Origin: Eledone cirrhosa
Lineage: Eukaryota
Length of the DNA stretch: 64,000 nucleotides
NCBI GenBank assembly: GCA_964016885.1
Contig: OZ024750.1
Span: 7,068,001-7,132,000, forward strand
Direction: 5' to 3'
Part shown: positions 1 through 11,340 of the stretch, one piece after another
How the letters are laid out: every line of letters starts with the position of its first letter
Position numbering within the stretch: position 1 is the first letter of the stretch
The notes under the pieces: generated by a model
What the model saw: the letters and a program-made list of their open reading frames with translations, nothing else
Database searches by the model: none
What the model was told of the DNA's origin: nothing
Program-made: the position numbers and the translations under genes

Positions 1-1813
1 TAAGCACTACATTTCAAGTGTTTTCAAAACATTCGATGGTGAAATTAATCAGTTCAATAAGGAATCGAACGTGCTTTCAATAATCGTGTCTTTGAAAGCT
101 TACCTTTCTCTTTCTTTTTTATTTACAAATTATTGTCATTCCTACTACAAGACAGAACAGTTATTTTTAAAAGAAGACCTTAATATTTTTTTATAAAATT
201 GCCTTTTCCCAAGGACATTACTGACGTAAATGAATTAGTCAAGAATGGAAAACAGATTAACTTAGTCCATTGGAATGTTACCTCTACTGGGCGACGTTCG
301 CCCCAATTACAATTATAACTATCGATAAATAAATAATATCTGTTGCAACTTATTCACTATATAACTATTTCAAATTTAAAACAAAGCTTTCAAAATAAAA
401 CAAGTTTAGTTTATGTTAGATTAAAAACCCTTTTGGAATGATCGCATTTTTTTACCCGAATAATAAATATTTGAATGTATTTCTTTATGATGACTATCTT
501 AGTGAAGAGATAAAATACTCACACAGAAAAACACATGTAATCTGTTGTCCTTCACATTTAGCTGCTTCTCTCTCAACAAACATAACTCGAATCCAGGGGA
601 AAAAAAGTCAAAGGGGAAAAAAGTTACAGCGCGCATACACATACACGCTTCTGTGTGTATACACACACGTGCTTGTTTGTGTATACAAGCTCTAACATAA
701 ACACATATATACATACACATACATACGCACACACATGAACATGCATGCATAGACACCCACACACGCATGCGATTTGTTTTTTTACATACGTGTAATGCCA
801 TTATATAAATTGTCATGGTATACTAGTCATATACTATGAATAGGCGACTTAAAATATATTTTTATAAATATCTACATCTACTTCTGTTGTTGTAGTTAGT
901 TATTTAAAATAATATATCAAGTCCCTTATTAACGGAAAACCTTAATTCTGTCTATTATTTATGATATTTAAATGAAATACTAAATTTTCCGAGATATTTT
1001 TTTCTTATCCAAAATTAGGACTTTTCCTGTGACTATATTTCCATTACGTTAGCTATGAACCTGAACGAAGTGAATTGAACAGCTATAAATAGACAAACCT
1101 CCCCCAAATCACACCCGACCGTCTTAAAAAGAAAGCATCACATCGGATAATGTAGTTTTAGATGTTCTATAGCTAAAACAGACGGAATGGTTACACCACG
1201 ACGGCTGTTTATCTTAATTATATCACTGCTGCCCTGGACAAAATAACTGTTTGACCAATTAAATCTACCCCCAAACAACACTTTACCGCCTTTAAAAGAA
1301 AAGAGCACTGGATAATATAGACCCAGTATCAGTGTGCCTTGGATAAATGTGGAATGTTTATGTTTTGAATACGTAGTGTAGTTATGAAGGCGGCGGGAGT
1401 TTTGCCTGGGTGTCGCTTTTGACGTTTATTGTGCTGTATTTTTCATTTGTGAGAGATTTGAGGGACAGTCCCTTGCCAACAAACTCTTGCTACCCCCCCC
1501 ACCCTTTTTGTTTTCATAGGTTTCTTCAATTAGAGTTTATCTGGGGGCTAGACAACTGCAAGTAACTGGTAGAAGTGAGGTTTTTTTACGGTCGTTCACC
1601 CTGGTCGCAATAACAACCAATCACACTCAAGTATGTTTATGAAGGAGTAACAGATCGTATAAATGCTGCAGTCTCCCGGATAGACTACAAATGAATATAA
1701 TATAGGATAGAATTCTGACCACAGATCTAGGCACCTGACTTCGTAGTTAGAGGATCGGATTCGCAACCGTGAGGATCCGAGTTCGATTAACGGACCTATA
1801 TATATATATATAC

Positions 1814-1932
1814 CATATAGAAATGTCTTCTACAGGACTAAAACTGTTTCATTCATTTGAATTCATTTGGATATTCCTGATGATTTCAAACGACTGAAAC
1901 AGTTCTAGTCCTGTAGAAGTCATTTCTATATG
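1814..1932. repeat. Inverted repeat with ~38-bp arms, overlapping a hammerhead-like core
   Basis: catatagaaatgtcttctacaggactaaaactgtttca pairs with tgaaacagttctagtcctgtagaagtcatttctatatg. Confidence 0.8.
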
Positions 1933-2030
1933 AAACATATACCTTTACTAATGTATTGTGAACCTTATTTAACTGTGATTTCTTCCCAGCCCCCTTTGTA
2001 AAACCATTATTTACACACACACACGCATAT

Positions 2031-2141
2031 ATACAGGATGTTAAAAAAAAAAATGTATGCATACTTCAACAGCATTCTTATAAATATTGCCCATATAGAT
2101 AATCAACGTGTGTACACATTTGGGGAGGGGAAACCCTGTAT
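2031..2141. mobile_element. Short Tc1/mariner-like MITE; related copy at ~63512-63620
   Basis: TA-flanked imperfect TIRs (tacaggatg..ccctgta) and an internal sequence shared with the 63.5-kb copy in opposite orientation. Confidence 0.5.
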
Positions 2142-2464
2142 ATTAGACAAGATATTTTGAAAAGTTAATATAGAAGATAATTCTTTTGCTGATTTCAACC
2201 ATTTAATTCTGGCCATACTGGGGCATACAACATTCCATACAAGGTACAGCGAATTATATTGAACCAATTAACTGATACATATTTTATCAACATTAGAACA
2301 ATCTACAAAATCAACACAACCAGAAGCTAAAGGGATGTAATCAAAGATTACTGAGAAGTTTATTCAATGTTCTGTCAATTCTAACATCCACTACTCTCAA
2401 TTGTCAATACATTAAATGTTACCTACATATCTCAGTCTTTCCATTGTGTAATGGATTGAATAGA

Positions 2465-2612
2465 GACAACATATGGTAGACAGGACTCTTTGTTGAAGAC
2501 AGACAACATATGGTGGACAGGACTCTTTGTTGAAGACAGACACCATATGGTGGACAGAATTCTTTGTTGAAGACAGACAACATGTGGTGGACAGGACTCT
2601 TTGTTGAAGACA
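2465..2612. repeat. 37-bp tandem repeat, ~4 copies
   Basis: Unit gacaggactctttgttgaagacagacaacatatggtg. Confidence 0.9.
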
Positions 2613-3870
2613 TGTCAATCTTCCCTAGAGTTGGTGTCATCATAAAATGTACTCAGTACCCACTGTAAAGTGGCAGATGATTAAATGGAGACACCATTGG
2701 ATAGAGAGGACTATTTAGTCTTGTCGAAGACATGACAACCTTCACTAGTGCTGGTGTCATGATAAAATTCACTCAGTACACACTAAAGTGGTTGAAGACT
2801 GAGTGGAAAGACAACAGAGTGAAGAAATGACAACCCCAAAAGAAACCACAAATGACCAATGTAATTTCTAAATTTGAAAGTTGTATTTAGCCGCCTTCTC
2901 ATCTTGGGCATTTCTCTCTGCTTCACAGCCCCTTGGATTGTGTCTATTATTATATTCCTTTGTTGCATACATTTTGGAATACCTGATGATGTCACCAGAT
3001 TCATACTGAACCCGGTCATTGAAATGTTCAGAGTATAATAAATCTTTAAGGAATTACCAGTCCAGCCTCCCGTCATTTTATTATATATATAAATATATAT
3101 ATATATACACACATACACTAATTTGTTTCTATATAGCGAGTACAAGGGCACAGCTGATGAATCTTGTACACTACACGGATTCGCTAGGTCATCTGATACA
3201 TAAAATGTTGCAGTTCGTCTAAGTTATCTCACAGCTCAGCTTTACATCTTACTTGCTGGGTCGAGCTGAATATTTCCAACTTGTCTTACGTAAAATAAAG
3301 CTGTTCCGACAACTTTCTACCCTTCCAGTTTTTTTTTGTCTTACTTGTTTTATCTTTTTCTTCTTCTTTTCTTTATTTTGCGCAAGTTATACATCTTCAC
3401 AATATCTCAAGGTGGTTGTACTTTCTAAACTATAATGCCACTGATAAATTTGGATCTCATTTGTATAGGAATTCATATTCGTTTCTGTTAGTCAAGGGTG
3501 AGGACTAAGTAATACACACGCACGCATACACCCTTCCGCACAAACACACACGCATACATCCCTACCACACAAACACACATATATATATATATACACTGTG
3601 TGTATGTAACGGAATAGAAATATTCGGAAAATGAACAAAAATAATATATCTCTTTAAATATTTATTAAGGCCCTAAATTTAGAAAGGAAAGTCATAACTT
3701 TCATACTTTCTGAAAAAAAAAACGAAATATTTCTACAGTGTGACTTTTACAATTTCTAGTAAGATACAAGAATAATTTTTCAGCTTAAGCATAGTGAAAT
3801 AAACATTTCCAATCGAATTTATTATACAATGATATTAAATAAATGGAAACTATATTTATAAAACCATATT

Positions 3871-3931
3871 TATTCTATTATATATATTTCAAGGATACCA
3901 AAACTTTGGTACGCTTTCATCAGATAAAATA
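3871..3931 (-). ncRNA. Minimal type I hammerhead ribozyme motif
   Basis: tattttat-CTGATGA-aagcgtaccaaagttttggtatcctt-GAAA-tatata-TA-atagaata. Stem I is 8 bp (one G.U), stem II pairs, and helix III is a short palindrome. Confidence 0.65.
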
Positions 3932-4059
3932 CGAAGTGTGTTTTATAAATTTTGACATAACCAAGAAAAATACCTTAACGGTTCAAGTTTTCCTTGGATA
4001 ACTTGAACCGTTAAGGTATCTTTTCCTTGACTATGTCAAAATTTATAAAACACACTTCG

Positions 4060-4120
4060 TATTTTATCTGATGAAAGCGTACCAAAGTTTTGGTACCCTT
4101 GAAATATATATAAGAGAATA
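4060..4120 (+). ncRNA. Minimal type I hammerhead ribozyme motif (mirror copy)
   Basis: tattttat-CTGATGA(4068)-stem II-GAAA(4101)-tatata-TA-agagaata; one mismatch in stem I. Confidence 0.55.
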
Positions 4121-4256
4121 AATATGGTTTTATAAATATAGTTTCCATTTATTTAATATCATTGAATATTATACTCCAGAAAATTTGTCGAGTGCTCTGA
4201 ATCAGTTATAAACATTTATATTTGTTGAATTACCAACAAATTGAATATCCCTTTTG

Positions 4257-4297
<41 letters not shown>

Positions 4298-4869
4298 CCT
4301 CATCACAAACTAAGTCTTGGAATACAACACACTAATTAAAAAAACTTAAAAAACAAAAGCAAACGAAAAGAAACTTGAAACTATCTTTCCGAGTTGGACT
4401 TTTTATATTTACTTCCAAAGGGTCTCGCCCGAAACGGTAGTCGAGCTCTCATCACAACTAACTGACATAGATATAGTTTTTTGTTGTTGTATGAGGGGTT
4501 AATATATATATTTTTTAACCGACTTGTTGGCGTCACCTTATTTGTTGGTTTTGTTTTTTGCACCTGATAAAAATACTAAATAGTGTCTGTCAGTATTTAT
4601 CTTTAGAAACTGAGTGAGAGATAATGCCAGTCGTAGATTTTGCTGGAGAGCTGCCGACAACTTGAAGTTCAAAAATAACTATCTTTCGACCCTTCTTTAT
4701 CCAAATAAGCTACGAAAGAATAACTCCTTTCCAAGCTTAAATAATATTTAGTTGTTACATAAGTACAAGTCCTTGCCTACAACTCGAAATTCTAAAATTA
4801 CTATTTTCCCACCATTCTTTATCCAAATAAGTTACCAAAGAATAACTCTTTTCCAAACTTAAATCCTCC

Positions 4870-6310
4870 CACGATCTCCTGCATCATGGCCACTGTCCTC
4901 TCTCCCTCTTTGTCACTCCATGTCACCCTGTCCGCTCGTCTCTTGACATAGCTGCATGCCGTCCGGAGCCACACCATTTTCTGCACGCGGAGAAGAGTCC
5001 CCGTCTATTCATATTTGGGCCCAGTTCTGGGACTTCATTTCCCCTCCGAAATACTAACGTGCCCGTCTTATCTCTTCGCAGCCTAAGTCCCAGCGCGGCT
5101 CCTCCCTCCAACACTTCCGACGGCTTCACAGTCAATGGCTCGTGACCTCCACCACCGACACTTCAGTCTCGTCCACTAGGATGTCATCGATGTAGGAATT
5201 GGTAGCCCTCTTCATCTTGTCGGCCTTTCCCAGAATGGTCTTGAAGACCGCCGCCATGATCTTCGGTGCAGAGTTCAGCCGAAAGCCGAGCCTGGTCAGG
5301 CAATATTTCCGGCCCTTATAACTGACCAGCTGATACTGCCACAGCTTCTCCTCCACGTGTAGCTGTAGATATGCCGACTTTAAATCGACGATTGTGGAAG
5401 CCCCCGTTATACGTCTCCACTCACGCAAGGTTTCCCCGCAGACATCCATGACCTCACCACCCGTGTGGCACAACATGTGCTCATTCAGCTCCCGAAAGTC
5501 CAATACCGATCTCACCTTGTTCTTCATGGGTTGCGCGACCGCCATTAACGGCAGTACCCCACACTTCACCTCCTCTTTCCAGGGAAGCAGTATGCCCTCC
5601 TCGATCCATCTCTCTACCTCTCGCTCTTAGTGTCTCCTTTCAATATGTGCTGATAGCAGCCCACTTTGTTCTTCAGTATTGGTGGTTCTCCCTTCCAGTA
5701 CCACTCAACAACCCATCGTTGCCCGTCGAACACGGCCTTGTGTAAGCGGCATATTTTTCCTCGTGGGCCTTCTCGTTCTCCTGTTGCATACTCACAGCAC
5801 ATACCGGTGCGGCGCCGCCATCGTTCACTGCGACGCCTCCTAAATGGCCAATCGCGTCCATGCCCATAACTACGCCGATTCCATCCACCATGCAGCTGAC
5901 CAGAATGGCCGAAAGCCTTATTTTCTTTCCCCGTACCACCATCTCCACCTCGCTGCGACCTCGACATTCAATCTTCCTACTGTCGACTGCCTTTACGCTA
6001 TTCTTCCTTCTCCACCCCCGTGGTCACTAGTGTCGTCATACAGCCTGTGACCACGAGGGTTCATAATGGCTTTCCCCTCACAAAGACTTTCACCACGGGC
6101 AGTGCCTCTATTCGCGAGGGGTAGCTACGTATATCCACGTGGGTATGATCCGTTCGCCAGTTGCAGCTCGCATTCGCACGTCCGTTCGTTGCGGGTCACA
6201 GCCAAAAGAGGGCCCACAGATGCTCCTGGGTATGCATCTCACGTCGCTTCCTCTTCCGCCTCCAGTCGATCGTCCCCAGCTTCCGGTCACCTCCTCCACA
6301 CCACCACACC
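4870..6310 (-). mobile_element. Decayed Ty3/Gypsy-type LTR retrotransposon internal fragment (gag end, protease, RT)
   Basis: GC-rich island. ORF 5132-5569 has RT motifs VRSVLDFRELN, IVDLKSAYLQ, TRLGFRLNSAP and YIDDILV; flanking frames are broken by frameshifts. Confidence 0.85.
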
Positions 6311-7401
6311 ATCCTCACAGTTACTTAAGTACAAGTCATCAAGGTTTATAAATGACAAAATAATATAGTGTGATATTTATGTCTTTTCTCACTTCAAATG
6401 GGAATGAGCTAATATCACATTCTTAAATATATTCTTAAGTCAATGGCCGTACATTTGGTTGTTATCTGTGGATCAAAATCTGCATCAGTTATATTATAGA
6501 ATAGTATGAAGTAGAAACAGCAGTGAAAATTAATCAGTTTTTCAAACCCAGGAGGGTACCATAGAAGTAGTTGATAGTTTCTGTTACTTATGTGACCTAC
6601 TTAGCAATGGAAAGGGTAGTTCTGAAAGGCATAGTAGCTAGAATAAGAACAGACTAGAAAACGTTCAGGGAGCTTTATATTTTGAGTTCCAATCCTGCTG
6701 AGACCAAACTTTGTCTTTCATCATGGCAAATTGATAAAATAAAATACCAGTGAAATACTGGGGCTAAATTTAATTGTCTACCCCTCCTTTGAAATTTGTG
6801 GTCCTTTGCCATTGTTAGAAATCAGCTTTGCAATTGCTATAGAAATTATTTTTAAAATTAAAAAGGATATTTTTGAAATTGTCTTTAATCTTTAGAATAT
6901 AAACCTGTATGTTTAATGAGTTGGTTAATATGATGAGGGAAGAGCTCTATTGAGTCAAACATTTATTACAGGTTGAACAGAGTTGAAAATAGGATCTCTC
7001 AAGTCCTAACATTATTGTGAACCCCTCTATAAAATTATTCCAACTTACCTTTTCTTTATCTTTACATAAAATATTAGATTTGTTGTTTTTCTTGCTTTCT
7101 TTCTTAGGTCTTCCATTCACTTCTATGGTGCTACTGCATTTGATAACAGTTGTAGCAGACTTTAAAAGACTGCAAAGCAACGGCAGTTTACTGACCACGT
7201 CTGATGGCATTTTCTCTGGAAAAAATAGAATAAAAAAAAAAGAAAAATTAAATTTAAACTAAAATGCATAATAAACTGAAACATTTAAAAATACATTAAA
7301 ATTATTAAAAAAAAAAAAAATTGTTATTAACATTTATAATACCCTGTGTCTTGTTTTTTAAAATGATAAACCACAGAGATACTGGAGAATAAGAAAATAA
7401 A

Positions 7402-7450
<49 letters not shown>

Positions 7451-7451
<1 letters not shown>

Positions 7452-7600
7452 CGTTCCTGATGATTTCTTTCGAATGAAACAGTTCTAGTCCTGTAGAAGC
7501 CATTTCTATATTAAACATGATATTTACACTCTACTAATGTATTGAGTACCTTACTTACTGTGGTTACTCCTGATTGAACCTGACACACACACACACACAC
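7451..7600 (+). mobile_element. Penelope-like terminal repeat fragment with hammerhead-like core; sister copy at ~1871-2030
   Basis: ttc-CTGATGA-tttctttcgaat-GAAA-cag..ctg-TA-gaa, with downstream sequence shared with the 1.9-kb copy; both end in (AC)n. Confidence 0.5.
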
Positions 7601-8359
7601 ACATATATATAGAGATATGTAGTAAGTGTTTATTAGGTTGTAGAATGGGCAGATATATATGTATGTGTATATATATATATGTGTGTGTGTAGTATGTGTT
7701 TATGGGATGTAGAAAGGAGAGGCATAAGAGTAAAATTCACACAAGCAAGTTATGGTTTGGGTAGTTGATAATACTGCAGTAATGAGTGCAGATGTACTAG
7801 ATTAGGAGTCAGTAGAAAAATATGATGATAGGTTAACACTTCTTAGTTACATATAAGTTACCAGGAGGTGGAGAAAAAAGAGGGAGGAAGCTAGAGTTTT
7901 TATACTTCATAGTTAGGATTAGCAGTTAAACAACATTTTTTTCTTTTTACAAAATACAAATAAAAATAAAAAGCAACAACTCCCCTTGATGTTATGGTAA
8001 CCATTTCTACTAAGTTAAAAGTCAGCAGTATCTAAACAGTGTAACTAATGGATTCATAGTAGAAATACATCGGTGTAATGTGAGCCAATGAGGGAACCTA
8101 TATGTGGTTGTTTGTCCTGTTTAGAAATAGCAGCTAAATTTCCTCTCATATCACTTTCTAAACTGTGATATGAGAGAGATTTGGCCACCACTATTTACAA
8201 CTTCAAATAGGGATAAGTCACATTGGTTCGAAATAACAACAACCACAAAAATAGAGGGGGATGGTCATGGTTAGAATGTTTTGGTAATAGATTTGATTAA
8301 TCATGACTCGGCTTAACAAATGATGTAACAACACTGATATCAAGAAGTCCTCTTGTGAA

Positions 8360-8645
8360 CGTGACCTGGGCATTACTGTCAGCAGCGAAAACATGTTTTC
8401 ATGCTCAGAGTTGCTGAAGTATGGAACAAACTGCCGAGACACTGCATCCTTTAAAACCCTCATGCTTCCCGAAATTCGCCAAAACTACACCTGATGTACC
8501 CCTTCCATACACATGCACATATGTGTATATCATGACTCATGCACTGTTCATTTTTCTGACGTTTGTACATTACCCTATGTACTATACATACACTTTTTGA
8601 TGAGTTGTAGTGCACCTGAGCACTGTACACAATATTTCATTATTA
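8360..8645 (+). mobile_element. 3' end of a CR1/L2-type LINE; the tail also occurs at ~20715-20760 and ~27800-27850
   Basis: RKHVFMLRVAEVWNKLP motif followed by the tail tgtagtgcacctgagcactgtacacaat..ttcattatta. Confidence 0.6.
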
Positions 8646-9394
8646 CTACAAGTCATAGTTAAGTTTTGTTTCTTAGATGAAATTGTAATTACTAAGTAAT
8701 TTCTACTTAACCCTTTAGTATTTACATGCCTCTATATATATTGTATTTTCATGGTAAACACTATCTTACATAATATCAATTCGACAAGATTTTAATATTT
8801 ATTTTGAGAACAATACCTTAACATAAGTATGAGCAGCCAGTTTGAACAGAAAGAGGTGAGAGAATTCTAGCCGGATATGGCCAGTTTAAATGCTAAATAG
8901 TTAACTCTTGATTTGTGACCTAAAAGTTTGGGTTAATTGAACAAAAGAGTCAGTAGCCACTGCTGTATCTTTTATTATGGAGCATCATCATCACCACCAC
9001 CATTTCATATCTGTTTTCCATGCTGGCATGGGTTGGACAAGTTATTACAGTCTGAATCAGTCCTTAATCGAAGTGACTTCTTTCCTAGATGAGTCTTAGG
9101 ACCATATCTCACTTGTATGTTCCATGTTGCCCTATGATTTAAAACTTACATCAAATATATCTCTAGTTTAAACATGACAGGAACTTTGATAATTTATTTG
9201 TGACATTGAAAAATGTTAAGTGACAAAATAGAAACTCTCAATGTGTCATATTTTTCAAGGGAAATTAATCTAGTTTTATCATTAATTAGAGTGCAAAGTA
9301 GATGAAAGAAGATTAAAAATTATAGCTTCTATTGCCAACAAAGTAATTCTCCTCTCCATATGATGGACAGTTTGAATAATGCAAGAGTTGAAAA

Positions 9395-9906
9395 TATAAT
9401 GGTTCTGATATAGGCACAAGACCAGCTATTTAGTGGGGAGGAGAAAGTCGATTAAACCGACCCCAGTGCATTACTGGTACTTTATCAACCCCGTAAGAAT
9501 GAAAGACAAAGCTAACCTTGGCAGGATTTGAACTCAGAAAGTAAAGGGGCATAACTATGCTGCAAAGCAGAGCATACAGTGCTCTGTCAATACTGCTAAT
9601 AATTGTTTCTATATTTGGCACAAGGTCAGCAATTAACCAGTGCATTACTGGTACTTTATTTTATCGACCCCCATAAGGGTGAATGGCAAATTTTACCTCG
9701 GTGGGATTGAACTCAGACTGTAAAGGGACGTAACTATGCTGGAAAGCATGGTGTCTGACTCTCTACTGATACTACCAATCCACTGCTAATAATTGTTTCT
9801 ACTTTTGGCACAAGGCCAGAAATTATCCCAGTGCATTACTGGTACTTTATTTTATCGACCCCGTAAGGATGAAAGGCAAAGTTAACCTTGGCGGGATTTG
9901 AACTCA
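9395..9906 (-). mobile_element. Head-to-tail array of ~3 tRNA-derived SINE copies (family A)
   Basis: Reverse complement of gagttcaaatcccgccgaggttaactttgcctttcatccttacggggtcgataaaataaagtaccagtaatgcactgg occurs three times. Confidence 0.85.
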
Positions 9907-11059
9907 AAATAATGGTGTATGACTAGGGCTAAACTTTTTTCTGTGGAGGCCCTAAGCTATATGAAATTTGAGGGCCTTCTCTAAAGAAATTTTGGTAAAA
10001 TAATAAAAACAATTATACATTATTATTATTTATTAATTATCACAAAATAAAAACTAATAAAATAAAAAAATATATTTAAAAAATGAGGCCCCTGAGGGTG
10101 TGTGGTCCTGAGCTATAGCTTATAGGTAGGTAAGTCCAGCACTGAATATGACTGTCAAATTAGATGAGACTTATAATATTTCAGCTAACTATGATGAATT
10201 GTTGAATGTAAGTTGGTAGATGTAAGTGGAGGAAAAAACTGTGTGTGTGTAGAGAGAGAGATATGAAGTAAATTGACTTATGCAGCAAAGTGGCAGAAAA
10301 GAGTCACTGAAAAACACTGACTTAAAGCAACAATAAAACATTCTTTTGCTCTCTTCTTTGAAAGAAATCGTCTGTGTTCAGACTTACAGAGGGATGGGCT
10401 TATTTCAATTTAAAATGTGATGTAAAAACGAAATGCTACTCTTTATAACTATATTTCTGAATCCAGGAGAAAAAAGTAATGATTTAAATACAGTTAAAAA
10501 AAGAAATTGATTTTTAAAATATATAAGAAAAAAAGCACGGAAAGCACGGTTTAAAACATGTTTTTCCTGAGATTCTATTTCTGTTTACTACATCTCTTTA
10601 ATGGGTAATCTCTTCCTGAAACACGTATAACTCTACATGAATTTTTAAAAAGCGTCTTTTTATAAAAACGAGTCAAGGGAGACAACTTAGAAAGGATTGT
10701 TTTTCTTCTTAAGCCAGTAACAATAAATTGGTGTATTTCGTACAAACATATATCGTTTAAAACCAGCTTCTGGGTTTTATTTACAAAATAAAACTATGTA
10801 TCTTTCAAGTACAATACCCTCCCAATTTTCTCATGCTCTTCTTTTTTGCCGTATGACATATCCTCAATAGGCAGGTCGAGATCGGCGAGTCAGACGAAGG
10901 TGTTATTTGTAGTATGTACTAACAGACGTTCTCTGTTTTAGATATATAGATATAAACGTGTAGGTTCGATAACCGGATGGTGTATATATATATATAACCC
11001 GCCTTGCCTATGTACAAAGCGAAACCTTTAATGCAACAGGTATTTAAGACTATTCAACA

Positions 11060-11340
11060 GAATTCGTAATATAATCGGCTTGTCTCCCCACAGCCCGGCG
11101 GACAGAATAGAGAAGGCGTTTCCTCGGAGGACGGCAAGGGAGACGCGCTGGAAGAGCCATTCCAACTCGCGGGGCTCACACCTGCGGTTGGGCAGCTCAG
11201 CGCCTATGGTGGTGAGCAGGGAGGTAGCCCTAAGGCCGAGGACACCAGAAGTCTCCACTGCCAAGGGTACAACCTGTTGTAGTATTATAGATTGCCTCTG
11301 GGCCGCCGAGAAAACGTCTAAAGGTGGGGGCGGCAATTCC
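11060..11340 (-). mobile_element. 3' fragment of an RLE-type (CRE-like) non-LTR retrotransposon
   Basis: VPLAVETSGVLG..EPRELEWLFQRVSLAVLRGNAFSILS matches the C-terminal restriction-like endonuclease end of early-branching non-LTR elements. Confidence 0.7.

Larger units (their letters stand above)
3827..4164. repeat. ~338-bp near-perfect palindrome (two ~163-bp arms), Penelope-like pseudo-LTR pair
   Basis: caatgatattaaataaatggaaac...ggttcaagtt is mirrored by aacttgaaccg...gtttccatttatttaatatcattg around a ~10-nt spacer; each arm has a hammerhead core. Confidence 0.9.

Noticed and set aside
438-816. Short ORFs here and most other 60-120 aa ORFs in the track
   Set aside because: They derive from (CA)/(TA) microsatellites, SINEs or antisense shadows and show no recognisable domains.
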